A stretch of 64,000 nucleotides of DNA from Oscillospiraceae bacterium (GTDB lineage: Bacteria; Bacillota; Clostridia; Oscillospirales; CAG-272). Both the position numbers and the translations under genes were made by a program. The notes below the pieces were generated by a model. It was not told the DNA's origin and searched no databases. It saw only the letters and a list, made by a program, of their open reading frames with translations. Below are positions 1 through 9,229 of this stretch, one piece after another (within the stretch, counting starts at the first letter, position 1; each line of letters begins with the position of its first letter). The stretch is from NCBI GenBank assembly GCA_015064885.1, contig SVRJ01000001.1, positions 33,945 through 97,944 on the forward strand, in the 5' to 3' direction.

Positions 1-286
1 CAAACATCATAAAGCGCTTGTAACCAAAAAATGCACCGAGTCTTCCATTTATCAACTGTCCAAATGCATAGCACCAGAACAGAGCCGATGAAACCACTCC
101 CATAGCCGCGGTAGTAGAGCCGAGACCTTCTGCCATCTGTGTCATTACCAAATTAATGTTTTGACGGCCGTTGTAAAAAAACATATAGGTGATACCGAAG
201 CTAAGAAGCATTTTCCATGCAAAAGATCGGAACCTATTGTATTCGACAGAAGTATAACCGTACGTACAAGTATTTTTAGAATTCAT
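1..286 (-). CDS. MFS transporter, N-terminal fragment (gene continues past the window start); N-terminus resembles organophosphate:Pi antiporter (GlpT/UhpC-like) members
   Basis: My own reverse-strand translation from ATG at 286-284 gives MNSKNTCTYGYTSVEYNRFRSFAWKMLLSFGITYMFFYNGRQNINLVMTQMAEGLGSTTAAMGVVSSALFWCYAFGQLINGRLG.... It shows two hydrophobic helices and an MFS-like loop. It is absent from the ORF track because it is truncated. Confidence 0.5.
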   Translation of the reverse strand, partial: MNSKNTCTYGYTSVEYNRFRSFAWKMLLSFGITYMFFYNGRQNINLVMTQMAEGLGSTTAAMGVVSSALFWCYAFGQLINGRLGAFFGYKRFMMF

Positions 287-315
287 AAAGCCTCTTTTCC
301 ACAAATTATGATTAT

Positions 316-1059
316 TTATATATCAAAAATTTTCTCATCCGCTTCGTCGAAAGCCAAAATATCCGTTGATACGCGAGCATAGTCTTCCATGTTATCGATC
401 TCGTCTACATAGTAATCCTCGTATGAGAATGCACGAATATTAAGCGCAGGGAAAATTTCATTAAGCGCATTTTCGGCGTAGCAACGGTTCTGACCTTCGT
501 CAATGAACTGCACCACCTTGCCGACCCATGCGGACGTGGTATACTTATCCAGTTTGTAAAAGGGTTGGAATGCAAAACAATCGTCATCAAATATATTGAT
601 AGAAACCTCAACTACCTTTCCGTCGCGAACGCGTCCCTTAAAGTCCTTTTCGGGCAATGCCTTTTTAAAGTTAACCGTAGCGGTATTGGGATCGGGACTA
701 TTTATAATGTCTCTGACAAGGCGGCGGTTGAAGACTAAATCGCCATGCAAAAAGAGCATGTCATCCTTCATATACTCGCGGGCAAGATACATTGAATAGA
801 TGTAGTTTGTCTTGTCGTATATGTCGTTAGGTACAAACGTGAAATTGCAATTCGGAAAATCAGCGGCCTCAGATTTCAACTGATCGGCAAAAGGACCTGT
901 CGTTACAATAAAATCCTTAATACCTTCTGCATTGAGCAAACGAAGCTGCCTATGGAAAATAGTCTCTCCGTTCTTAAGAAGAGTCATGGACTTGTGGTGA
1001 GTTTTGGTTTCATCTCCCATGCGGTGTCCGAGTCCTGAATTAAAAATAATCGCTTTCAT
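316..1059 (-). CDS. Sugar/alcohol-phosphate nucleotidyltransferase (LicC-like cytidylyltransferase family)
   Basis: N-terminal MKAIIFNSGLGHRMGDETKTHHKSM matches the G-x-G-x-R nucleotidyltransferase signature. It is 247 aa, has SD AGGAGA upstream, and lies directly downstream of a LicD gene. Confidence 0.65.
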   Translation of the reverse strand: MKAIIFNSGLGHRMGDETKTHHKSMTLLKNGETIFHRQLRLLNAEGIKDFIVTTGPFADQLKSEAADFPNCNFTFVPNDIYDKTNYIYSMYLAREYMKDDMLFLHGDLVFNRRLVRDIINSPDPNTATVNFKKALPEKDFKGRVRDGKVVEVSINIFDDDCFAFQPFYKLDKYTTSAWVGKVVQFIDEGQNRCYAENALNEIFPALNIRAFSYEDYYVDEIDNMEDYARVSTDILAFDEADEKIFDI

Positions 1060-1251
1060 TGGTGTATTCTCCTATCTTTTCTTTTCTATAAATAAATTTT
1101 GCTTTAACTTGATCTGTAATTATACTTGTTTTCTCTTTTTTCTGTCGGATTTTATTCAAACCCGTAGAATACTTTTTGAAATAGCGACGTATCGCATATT
1201 ATAAAAGCTGATAAAAAGCTTACCGCTTATATTTGTAATAATTCGTATCAG

Positions 1252-2049
1252 TTATCTGTACGGCTTATTCAAATCGATCTCAACAAAATCATGTACTGAG
1301 ACTCTTTTATCCTCGGGCGGGAGCTTTCTCCAATCGTGATACAAATTGGTCAGATATTCGTCGAATTTTTCCGGCCCGTATACCGTTATACCCTCAAATT
1401 GATACGGAGTCGGAGTTCCGTATATTTCCTTTTCCATGATCTCTCGTGTTCGGTACGTGCTTGTAAGATAGCCGACGTACTTGCAATCCTTGTACGGGAG
1501 AGCTGCACATTTTTTATCGAGCTTCTGCGCTAATTTTTTTCTGTTCAAGGGTAGCACCCAACCGCATATGGCTGCTGCATTCTTCCAGGGCTTACGGCCT
1601 TTTCTGAATTTGCAGTTTTTCATAGCGAGCAAGCCATGGAGAAAATCTATTTTTTTATAGTTTTTGAGGCTTTCCTCCATTGTATTTCCGATTCCGTCCA
1701 GCGGGAACACGTCGATGAACACACCTCTTTTGACAGGAATCTTCGCAGGGTCTGTCATAGAGGTATTTGTATCATAAAATTTAGCGTAATTATATATAAA
1801 ATCCTTTTCAGGGCTGAAGACGGATTCCACAACATAATGATCGACAGGCTCCTTGAGGTATTCTATGAGTTTTTCATAATCCTCTCTGGGCATAATAATA
1901 TCCACGTCGTCGTCCCACGGAATAAAGCCCTGATGTCTGACAGCTCCGAGCATAGTACCACCCATAACGTAATAGGTCAACCCTTTTTCATTAAGATAGG
2001 ATGAAAGCCATGTAAGCATTTCGAGTAGCTTTGATTGAAGTGGATTCAT
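1252..2049 (-). CDS. LicD-family phosphotransferase (transfers a phospho-alcohol such as phosphocholine from a CDP-activated donor to a glycan)
   Basis: MGGTMLGAVRHQGFIPWDDDVDIIMPREDY is the characteristic LicD block; 265 aa. Confidence 0.8.
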   Translation of the reverse strand: MNPLQSKLLEMLTWLSSYLNEKGLTYYVMGGTMLGAVRHQGFIPWDDDVDIIMPREDYEKLIEYLKEPVDHYVVESVFSPEKDFIYNYAKFYDTNTSMTDPAKIPVKRGVFIDVFPLDGIGNTMEESLKNYKKIDFLHGLLAMKNCKFRKGRKPWKNAAAICGWVLPLNRKKLAQKLDKKCAALPYKDCKYVGYLTSTYRTREIMEKEIYGTPTPYQFEGITVYGPEKFDEYLTNLYHDWRKLPPEDKRVSVHDFVEIDLNKPYR

Positions 2050-2118
2050 AATATTGTACCCTTTCGCTTTATAATTGATTATTTGAGTTATTTGATCGTA
2101 CGAGCCGTACGAGACAAA

Positions 2119-2940
2119 TTATTTTCTTAATATTTTTTCATATAAAAATTTTTTGAGCTTGACGGGAGTATTGACAAACCCCCATATATAGATCATATTC
2201 ATTCTTGCCTCGTGCTTGGTTATCATCTTATGTTCGAGCATAAAGTCCTGAAGGACCTTCCAGCCCTCGATCCTTTTTTTGGACCCGCGCTTGGAATCAA
2301 AACCATTTCCCACACGAACGTAAACAAGCGATTCATTTATATTGGCAAGCTTACAGCCTGCGGCGATCATATTCAACCAAAGATAATAATCTTCAAGGAG
2401 AAGCAGGGTCTTATACCCGCCGCATTTTTGCAAAGCAGTTCTTTTAATGCATGCCGTTACATGATTCATCGGGTTGCGTTTCTTACCCATTTTAACTATA
2501 TCATCATGCTCGGCAGGGCATACGCGAACTCTTTTGTTTTCCTCGTTTTCGGATTCCTGAAATTCAGCTATATCCGTACCGAGAGCATCTATCTCGGGAT
2601 GCTCCTCCACATATTTTATTTGCTTTTCAAATCTTTCCGGATCACTGATATCATCCGAATCCATTCTCAATATATAGTCACCTGTACATTTTTCAGATCC
2701 TATCCTGAGCGCCTCACCCAAACCGCGATTGATCTCCTGCGGATAATAAAAGACAACGTCTTCTTTTCCGACATAAAAATCATTCAGAACGTTGTTAAGT
2801 TCATCCGTAAGCGGTCCGTCAAATACGACTACTATCTCATCGGGCTTACGTGTTTGCTTATCGTATATGCTCTCTAAAGCCAAAGCCAAAAACTGCGGGG
2901 AGTCATTTTTATATACAGACATCAATACCGAATACTTCAT
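2119..2940 (-). CDS. Family 2 glycosyltransferase
   Basis: YSVLMSVYKND...VVFDGP...RMDSDDIS is the GT2 DxD-type layout. Its start overlaps the stop of the upstream gene by 4 nt (2937-2940). Confidence 0.8.
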   Translation of the reverse strand: MKYSVLMSVYKNDSPQFLALALESIYDKQTRKPDEIVVVFDGPLTDELNNVLNDFYVGKEDVVFYYPQEINRGLGEALRIGSEKCTGDYILRMDSDDISDPERFEKQIKYVEEHPEIDALGTDIAEFQESENEENKRVRVCPAEHDDIVKMGKKRNPMNHVTACIKRTALQKCGGYKTLLLLEDYYLWLNMIAAGCKLANINESLVYVRVGNGFDSKRGSKKRIEGWKVLQDFMLEHKMITKHEARMNMIYIWGFVNTPVKLKKFLYEKILRK

Positions 2941-3590
2941 TTTCCAATCAGTTCCTTTTCTTCATCAGTTTTCTGCTTATTAAGCTCACCGGTGCCGCCC
3001 TCAACCACACCGTCGGATCTCAATACACTTAAGATCGTGCCAAAGAAACATTTTACATCCATAGCAAAGCCTTTGAATTTTCCTGCATTCAATGCTGCGG
3101 TATACTCACCGTCAAACCTCGCTTTCACGTCAATTTCGAGCTCATCTCGACCATTGATCTGCGCCCACCCTGTAAGTCCCGGTCTTATATCGTTTGCTCT
3201 GTATTTATCTCTTTCGGAGATAAGGTCATCCTGACTCCAAAGTGCGGGGCGAGGTCCTATCACAGACATCTGTCCGAATAAAATATTAAAGATTTGAGGA
3301 AGTTCATCAAGACTTGTCTTGCGGAGTATTTTTCCGACGCAGGTTATGTACTGCTCCGGATCGGAAAGCAGATGTGTAGGGAGATCGGGAGTTTTAACCT
3401 TCATACTACGAAATTTATAGAGCCAAAAAAGCTTTTTATTTTTTCCTACGCGCTGCTGCTTGAAAATGATCGGTCCCGGATCATCGATCCATACTACGAT
3501 CGCCAATATCAAAAAAACCGGCAACAGAACTACTGCTCCTATCAAGGACAAGATAAAGTCAAACAGTCTTTTAAAAAAATGCTTATACAT
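2937..3590 (-). CDS. Small monotopic phosphoglycosyl transferase (bacterial sugar transferase, PglC/WbaP C-terminal-domain type)
   Basis: KRLFDFILSLIG...PIIFKQQRVGKNKKLFWLYKFRSM...LDELPQIFNILFGQMSVIGPRP is the canonical family signature; SD GAGGAG upstream. Confidence 0.85.
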   Translation of the reverse strand: MYKHFFKRLFDFILSLIGAVVLLPVFLILAIVVWIDDPGPIIFKQQRVGKNKKLFWLYKFRSMKVKTPDLPTHLLSDPEQYITCVGKILRKTSLDELPQIFNILFGQMSVIGPRPALWSQDDLISERDKYRANDIRPGLTGWAQINGRDELEIDVKARFDGEYTAALNAGKFKGFAMDVKCFFGTILSVLRSDGVVEGGTGELNKQKTDEEKELIGK

Positions 3591-3658
3591 AAAACAAACT
3601 CCTCATTTTTTAAGTAATATATTCTTGTCCAATCAAAGATAAGGATCAAAGTTCCTAT

Positions 3659-4177
3659 TCAATTTCCAAATACAGTTCCGCTCGCCACCTTCACTCCGGA
3701 AGGAACCACAGAATACCCCGACACAGTAGCATTACAGTCAACGTGGACGCCTTCGCCGAGATGTGCGCAATGATTTATTACCGCACCTGCCGATACGATA
3801 CCCCCATCAGATATCACACATCCTGTATGAATTACGGACATAGGCTCAACAATGCAACCGCTCATAATTTCAGCAGAAGGCGAAATATACGCTCTCGGAG
3901 ATAGCAACGATACTATACTGTACGAAAATTCTTGCTTGATCCGCTTAAGTAAAGACACTCTGACCTCAGGATTCCCGATAGCAACTACGATGTTGCCGTA
4001 TTCGGTTGACAATTCACCGATATCCTTCACAGCACCGACAACGTCAATACCGTTTGGTGTCGATTTTTTTGTATCGTCAACAAACCCTATTTTTTCAAAG
4101 CACCCCATATCCGTCGCTATCTCAAAAGCAACAACAGCATATATTCCGGCACCAACGATCAACAAATTCTTATCCAT
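3659..4177 (-). CDS. NeuD/PglD-type hexapeptide-repeat sugar N-acetyltransferase
   Basis: N-terminal Rossmann-like LLIVGAGIYAVVAFEIA followed by a left-handed beta-helix repeat region (IHTGCVISDGGIVSAGAVINHCAHLGEGVHV). Confidence 0.75.
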   Translation of the reverse strand: MDKNLLIVGAGIYAVVAFEIATDMGCFEKIGFVDDTKKSTPNGIDVVGAVKDIGELSTEYGNIVVAIGNPEVRVSLLKRIKQEFSYSIVSLLSPRAYISPSAEIMSGCIVEPMSVIHTGCVISDGGIVSAGAVINHCAHLGEGVHVDCNATVSGYSVVPSGVKVASGTVFGN

Positions 4178-4202
4178 CTTACATTATCTTTCGAAATAAT
4201 AT

Positions 4203-6272
4203 CTATTTTGTTGCGGCCGCCATTTGATTCTCGTATGCCTCACCCTTATACTCACTTCCGTGTTCGCCTGCCGGGTGATACGTAGGCACTACGCTTGAGA
4301 CAAGCTCGCGGATCGTGCTTTCCTCTCCCTCGTATGCGGCTGTCATAAGCTGCGGAAGCTGAGCTAAGAACTCGTCCGTATCAAAAGCTATCGGACTGCC
4401 TATATGTATCAGCTTATTCGGAGTGGTTCTCATACCCTCCTCCGCCATAAGCTTTTCTTCGTAAAGTTTTTCGCCCGCACGGAGACCGGTATATTGGATC
4501 TTGATATCCACGTCGGGAGTAAGTCCCGAGAGTCTGATAAGATTTCTCGCAAGAGTATCTATCTTGACCGGAGCTCCCATATCGAGTACGAATATCTCGC
4601 CGCCGTCGGCATAAGTTCCCGCCTGCAGAACGAGCGACGCTGCCTCGGGAATAGTCATAAAGTATCTGATAATATCCGGGTGCGTTACCGTAACGGGTCC
4701 GCCCTTTGCTATCTGCTCCTTGAACCTCGGAACAACAGAACCATTACTTCCGAGAACGTTGCCGAAGCGCACCGCAACGAACTCTGTCTTCGGTGCCGAG
4801 CCTGTGAACGCTTCCGCAGTCACTATATCCGAATCATCAGCATGAAGGCGAATGGGAGAAAGATCCTCTATTCTGCCGTCTCTGATCTTTCTGTCGAACG
4901 ACTGGATTATCATTTCACAAAGGCGCTTTGATGCTCCCATAATATTAGTGGGGTTTACCGCCTTGTCCGTAGATATAAGAACAAATCTCTTACATCCGTT
5001 CATCATTGCCGCATATGCGGTCTTATACGTACCTATAGCGTTATTCTTTATAGATTCGCACGGACTGTCTTCCATTAACGGAACGTGCTTATGTGCTGCA
5101 GCATGATATACTACATCGGGTTTATATTTTGCAAACACCTGATTTATACGCTTGCTGTCTCGTACCGAACCTATCAGGACCTCAAGGTCAAGCTGCGGAT
5201 ACTTATCTCTCAACTCAAGACCTATTGCGTGGGCATTATTCTCGTATATATCGAAAACTATAAGCTGCTTCGGGTTATGCTTTGCTATCTGTCTGCAAAG
5301 CTCGCTGCCGATCGAACCGCCGCCGCCGGTAACCATAATAACCTTATCCGCAATAAAGCTATATATCTCTTCCATATTGACCTTTACCGGTGCACGGCCG
5401 AGAAGATCTTCTACTGCTACGTCCTTCATTGCCTTGACGGTAACGTTGTCATCGGAAAGCAATCCGTATACACCGGGAAGATTTTTAAGCTCACACGTTG
5501 TTTCCTTGCATATATCGAGCAGGTCGCGGCGTTGCTCTGCAGTCAAACTCGGAATAGCGAGAAATATCTTTTCTATCCTGTATTTTTCCACGTTAAGAAG
5601 GATATCGTCTCTTCCGCCGACTACAGGAATGCCATCAATAAAGCGTCCCCATTTGTTTTTATTGTCGTCTATAATACAGCATACACATTCGTTTACTTCT
5701 TTTGCATTATGGAGATCACGAAGTATCAGCTGTCCCGCTGCACCGGCACCTATAAGCATAACACGACTTGCGGTAGCCTTCTGATGCGATCTTATATGCT
5801 TTTTCCTCTCCAACAGCACAAATCGATATGCAAAGCGGATAAACAGAATAAGCACAAAATGAAGCGCTGCTCCTATAAAGTAATAGGAGATAGGCATTCT
5901 GCAGAACACAAACGTGACAAAAAGAAAATGAAATATACCTAGTATCAATGAGCTGAGCGTGATCCATTTAAGCTCAACAAAGCTCGCAAATCTCCAGATA
6001 CTTTTATACAAACGGAAGATCCACAGCACGCCGACAGTGACAAGGGCGAATATCGGGGCAAACTTTATCCAGGCAAACAGCAAAGCACGAGGTATCTCAC
6101 TGTATCGGCAGTCGAAACGAAACCAGAGTGCGACAAAGTATGCGGCCGCTGATGCAACCATATCGTATAGTATCAGGAAGACCGACACGAGCTTCCAATG
6201 TTCAAGAAATCTTCTTCTTTTTTTGCCTGCGCTATGCACGCAAGAAGATATATTATTACCGTCTATCATCAT
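4203..6272 (-). CDS. Membrane-anchored nucleotide-sugar 4,6-dehydratase (CapD/PglF/FlaA1 family)
   Basis: Four N-terminal TM helices, then VMVTGGGGSIGSEL (NAD site) and HAAAHKHVPLME. The track ORF starts at 6356. I prefer ATG 6272/6269 because GGAGAG lies just upstream and the extra 28 aa look non-native. Confidence 0.85.
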   Translation of the reverse strand: MMIDGNNISSCVHSAGKKRRRFLEHWKLVSVFLILYDMVASAAAYFVALWFRFDCRYSEIPRALLFAWIKFAPIFALVTVGVLWIFRLYKSIWRFASFVELKWITLSSLILGIFHFLFVTFVFCRMPISYYFIGAALHFVLILFIRFAYRFVLLERKKHIRSHQKATASRVMLIGAGAAGQLILRDLHNAKEVNECVCCIIDDNKNKWGRFIDGIPVVGGRDDILLNVEKYRIEKIFLAIPSLTAEQRRDLLDICKETTCELKNLPGVYGLLSDDNVTVKAMKDVAVEDLLGRAPVKVNMEEIYSFIADKVIMVTGGGGSIGSELCRQIAKHNPKQLIVFDIYENNAHAIGLELRDKYPQLDLEVLIGSVRDSKRINQVFAKYKPDVVYHAAAHKHVPLMEDSPCESIKNNAIGTYKTAYAAMMNGCKRFVLISTDKAVNPTNIMGASKRLCEMIIQSFDRKIRDGRIEDLSPIRLHADDSDIVTAEAFTGSAPKTEFVAVRFGNVLGSNGSVVPRFKEQIAKGGPVTVTHPDIIRYFMTIPEAASLVLQAGTYADGGEIFVLDMGAPVKIDTLARNLIRLSGLTPDVDIKIQYTGLRAGEKLYEEKLMAEEGMRTTPNKLIHIGSPIAFDTDEFLAQLPQLMTAAYEGEESTIRELVSSVVPTYHPAGEHGSEYKGEAYENQMAAATK

Positions 6273-6888
6273 TATCTCTCCAAAAATATTCTTTTGACAC
6301 TGAAGCAATCTCAACTCGCATATAAAAGAATATCGATTTTTTGTCGCCATGACCACCGTTCATGCGTATACATTCAGCATACGTCAGATCGCGCCCGCGA
6401 TGATCAATGACTTATTATCAATATTACGCAGAGTGCCGTTCTACTTCACGAAGAGCGGATACTATCTGCCGCTGTAGGGGTTATACGCAAATTAAAAGCA
6501 CCCCGAGTATAAAATCGTCCGTTACGTCATACGGTTTCTAAGCCCTCATATTTTCCATTTTGCGAGGCTATGAAGACGCAACAAAACAACACCGCATATA
6601 TTCCCCGCCGTAAAGGCTCTTACAGAGCTTTTCGAAGGCAGGAGTTCAAGGTGTTATTGTCGCTTTTCACGTTTGACTAAAAGCGCGGAAATGATATTAT
6701 GGCCTTTGCTACAGCCTTATTGTTTATGCCATTACGAAATATTCCGATAAGGATATTCGAAAAGGCATATATAAGAGTGCGTCTGCCGTATACCGCTTAC
6801 GTTCAGCACAAGATACCGGGCGATTACTGCCGAGTTGTGCAAAGATTTGTCAATCAGCAATGTAGGCACACTACTCCTATATAATATA

Positions 6889-6917
6889 ATTATATCACAA
6901 ATCAATATGAATGTCAA
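6889..6917 (-). promoter_or_regulatory. Sigma-A-type promoter for the glycan operon (TTGACA-17-TATAAT)
   Basis: The reverse strand reads aacTTGACAttcatattgatttgtgaTATAATtat. The -35 is at 6917-6912 and the -10 at 6894-6889, with a TGn extension. Confidence 0.45.
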
Positions 6918-7020
6918 GTTATATATGCTTTTTTCTTGATGAAATTCGTGGAATTTTTCAGTTTTACCCGTTTTTTTGGCGTCTCAAAATAAAAAAGCAA
7001 GCCGCTTGACAGATACCGCC

Positions 7021-7086
7021 GACAAAAATGAAACAACCGCCGTTAAAAAGCTCGGATGCGCACCGGGCACAAAGCTTTAACGGCGG
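7021..7086 (-). terminator. Intrinsic terminator after the AI-2E transporter gene
   Basis: Stem CCGCCGTTAAA...TTTAACGGCGG (7037-7052 / 7073-7086), followed on the minus strand by UUGUUUCAUUUUUGUC. Confidence 0.55.
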
Positions 7087-7104
7087 TAATATTTTCACGA
7101 AGGA

Positions 7105-8454
7105 TCAATCATTCTCTTCGGTATTATTTTTCTTTTTCAGAAAGAAGATTTTTTTAGGATTTTCTTCTTTTTCACTTTCCGTAGGTCCTTTTTCACCGTC
7201 ATTTTCCGCAGATGCTTCATCCTCCGGAGCGTCTTCGAAAAGCTTTTCGGGATCCTTGATATCCAAAAGCTCTCCAACCTCTTTTATGTGATCTCCGTCG
7301 GATATCATCTCCGCAACCATCTGATTGCGCTCATCTCTTTTCTTATCTATAAACTCCTTAAGAAGAGTATATACAACGCCCGTTATCGGCACGCTGAAGA
7401 GTATTCCGGGAATGCCCGCGGCACCTCCTCCAACTGTTACGGCACACAAAACAAGTATTCCGGGAAGGCCTATAGACTCGCCTACCACCTTCGGATATAT
7501 TATATTGCCTTCAAGCTGCTGAAGAACGAGAAGATATACGATAAAGATGACCGCTTTTACCGGGTCCACCAGAAGAATAAAAAACATTCCGAGCGCTCCG
7601 CCTATCCATGCTCCGAAGATCGGAATAAGCGCAGTCACGCCGACGATGACGGATACCACGGAAGCCATGGGTATTCTCAGTATAAGCATACCTAAGGCAC
7701 AAAGCAATGCGAGAATAACAGCCTCTGTTATCTGACCGGTTATGAATCTTGCAAAAGCCGAATAGGTAAGCTTTGATACCCTCTCTACCCTGTGTACAGA
7801 TGCGGGCTTAAGCACGGCCTTGAAAAAATTGTGGAAAAAATCGCGTATTCTTTCTTTACCCGCAAGAACGTATATAGCAAGAATAAAAGCAAGAATGAAA
7901 TCGAATATCTTGCCGAAGATATTTCCTGCAACTCCGGTAGTAATATTAAGTATATCGTTGGCGTTATCCTTGAGCCAATTTATTATTTTGTCTCCTATAG
8001 CTACCCAGTTTATTCCCCCTTCGCCGATAAACTCGAATTGGATATTATGCTCTTTCAAGAACAAAAGAACATTCTCCGAGAGCTTGGTCATAAATCCCGG
8101 AAGCTCTCTTATTATAAGCTCGACCGATTCGCGAAGAGCGGGATAAATAACCGATATAATAACGGCAAGAAAGCCGAACGCAACGAGAAGAGTGAGAATT
8201 ATCGCAAGAGGCCTCTTCATCTTGCGCAGGATCTTTTTATCGCTTCTTTCGAGAGGAGAAAGGAGCTTCTTTTCAATAGCACTCATAATAACGTTAAGGA
8301 CAAAAGCAAGACAAAGCCCAACAACGATCGGTGAGAGCACCGCAAAGATCCACTGTATTCCCTCCCATATATTTGACAGATTAACGAGCGCTATAGCCAG
8401 TACTATCAAGGACGCGGCAAGCGCAAAGTAGGTCAGAAATTTTTTCTTTGTCAT
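7105..8454 (-). CDS. AI-2E family (PerM-like) transporter with a ~80-aa acidic C-terminal tail
   Basis: Multi-TM protein with ITGQITEAVILALL and QLEGNIIYPKVVG blocks typical of the family. The track start GTG 8463 lies inside the SD AGGAGGTG, so I use ATG 8454 (8-nt spacing). Confidence 0.85.
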   Translation of the reverse strand: MTKKKFLTYFALAASLIVLAIALVNLSNIWEGIQWIFAVLSPIVVGLCLAFVLNVIMSAIEKKLLSPLERSDKKILRKMKRPLAIILTLLVAFGFLAVIISVIYPALRESVELIIRELPGFMTKLSENVLLFLKEHNIQFEFIGEGGINWVAIGDKIINWLKDNANDILNITTGVAGNIFGKIFDFILAFILAIYVLAGKERIRDFFHNFFKAVLKPASVHRVERVSKLTYSAFARFITGQITEAVILALLCALGMLILRIPMASVVSVIVGVTALIPIFGAWIGGALGMFFILLVDPVKAVIFIVYLLVLQQLEGNIIYPKVVGESIGLPGILVLCAVTVGGGAAGIPGILFSVPITGVVYTLLKEFIDKKRDERNQMVAEMISDGDHIKEVGELLDIKDPEKLFEDAPEDEASAENDGEKGPTESEKEENPKKIFFLKKKNNTEEND

Positions 8455-8484
8455 TTCGAACACCTCCTATGTTTTAGTGTCGGT

Positions 8485-9228
8485 TTACTTTGATATACCA
8501 ACAGAGATGACACCAAATCCCCGGGCTTTATTTTTCAGTGCGATGCGTGCAACCGCAAGAACGCTTGCACCACTTGTCACAACGTCGTCAACTATAACCG
8601 TAAAGATCCCCTCGAGTGAGGATATATCATTTGACGGCAGATAAGAGCTATCCGCCTCCGCAAATCTCTCCTCATACGCAAGTGATTTCATTTTTCTGTC
8701 CGAGCGCCTGCCTCTGACCGCTATTTTCACAAGCGGGATACCGAGCCTCTCGGAAAGTGCAAGTGCTAGCAAATACGCTTGATCATGTCCGTATTCTATC
8801 ATTGCCTCGCTTGACCTGGGAACGTAGGTTATGACCGCACCTTTGACTCCGCTCATTTTCACAGCGCGTTCCAAGGCTTTTGCCGAGCTGTCGCAAAGCT
8901 TGTCCGCAAGAAATTCATACAAGCGTTTATCTGCCGACCGCTTGATCTCAAAGACTATTCCGTTTATCGCCTTTTCACGTATTCCGCCGTGGTAGAGACC
9001 GAGCTTTGTATGAAAAAGGCATCCTCCGTTGATGACCTGCTCGGAGGAGCAGAGACATTCGACGAGAGGTCTCTTACATCTTCTGCAGACTGCGGCGGAC
9101 TCGGCTTGAAGTTTGCTTTGACATTCCGGACACAATGGAGAATCAAGGAAAGAAAGGCCTATCGCCTCTCCGCACGAGGCACATTTCGGCGGACAAAACA
9201 AATACGTAAGAAATTCAGATATGCGCAT
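8485..9228 (-). CDS. comFC: ComF-family protein (zinc-finger plus phosphoribosyltransferase fold)
   Basis: N-terminal CPPKCASCGE...CPECQ cysteine pairs and C-terminal VIVDDVVTSGAS PRTase motif. It starts 1 nt after the recD2 stop. Confidence 0.8.
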   Translation of the reverse strand: MRISEFLTYLFCPPKCASCGEAIGLSFLDSPLCPECQSKLQAESAAVCRRCKRPLVECLCSSEQVINGGCLFHTKLGLYHGGIREKAINGIVFEIKRSADKRLYEFLADKLCDSSAKALERAVKMSGVKGAVITYVPRSSEAMIEYGHDQAYLLALALSERLGIPLVKIAVRGRRSDRKMKSLAYEERFAEADSSYLPSNDISSLEGIFTVIVDDVVTSGASVLAVARIALKNKARGFGVISVGISK

Positions 9229-9229
9229 A

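Noticed and set aside
6699-6917. Two overlapping 61-aa ORFs (6699-6884 plus strand, 6732-6917 minus strand) in the long intergenic region.
   Set aside because: Neither has an SD, their sequences look unlike proteins, and they overlap the predicted promoter. I treat the region as non-coding leader.
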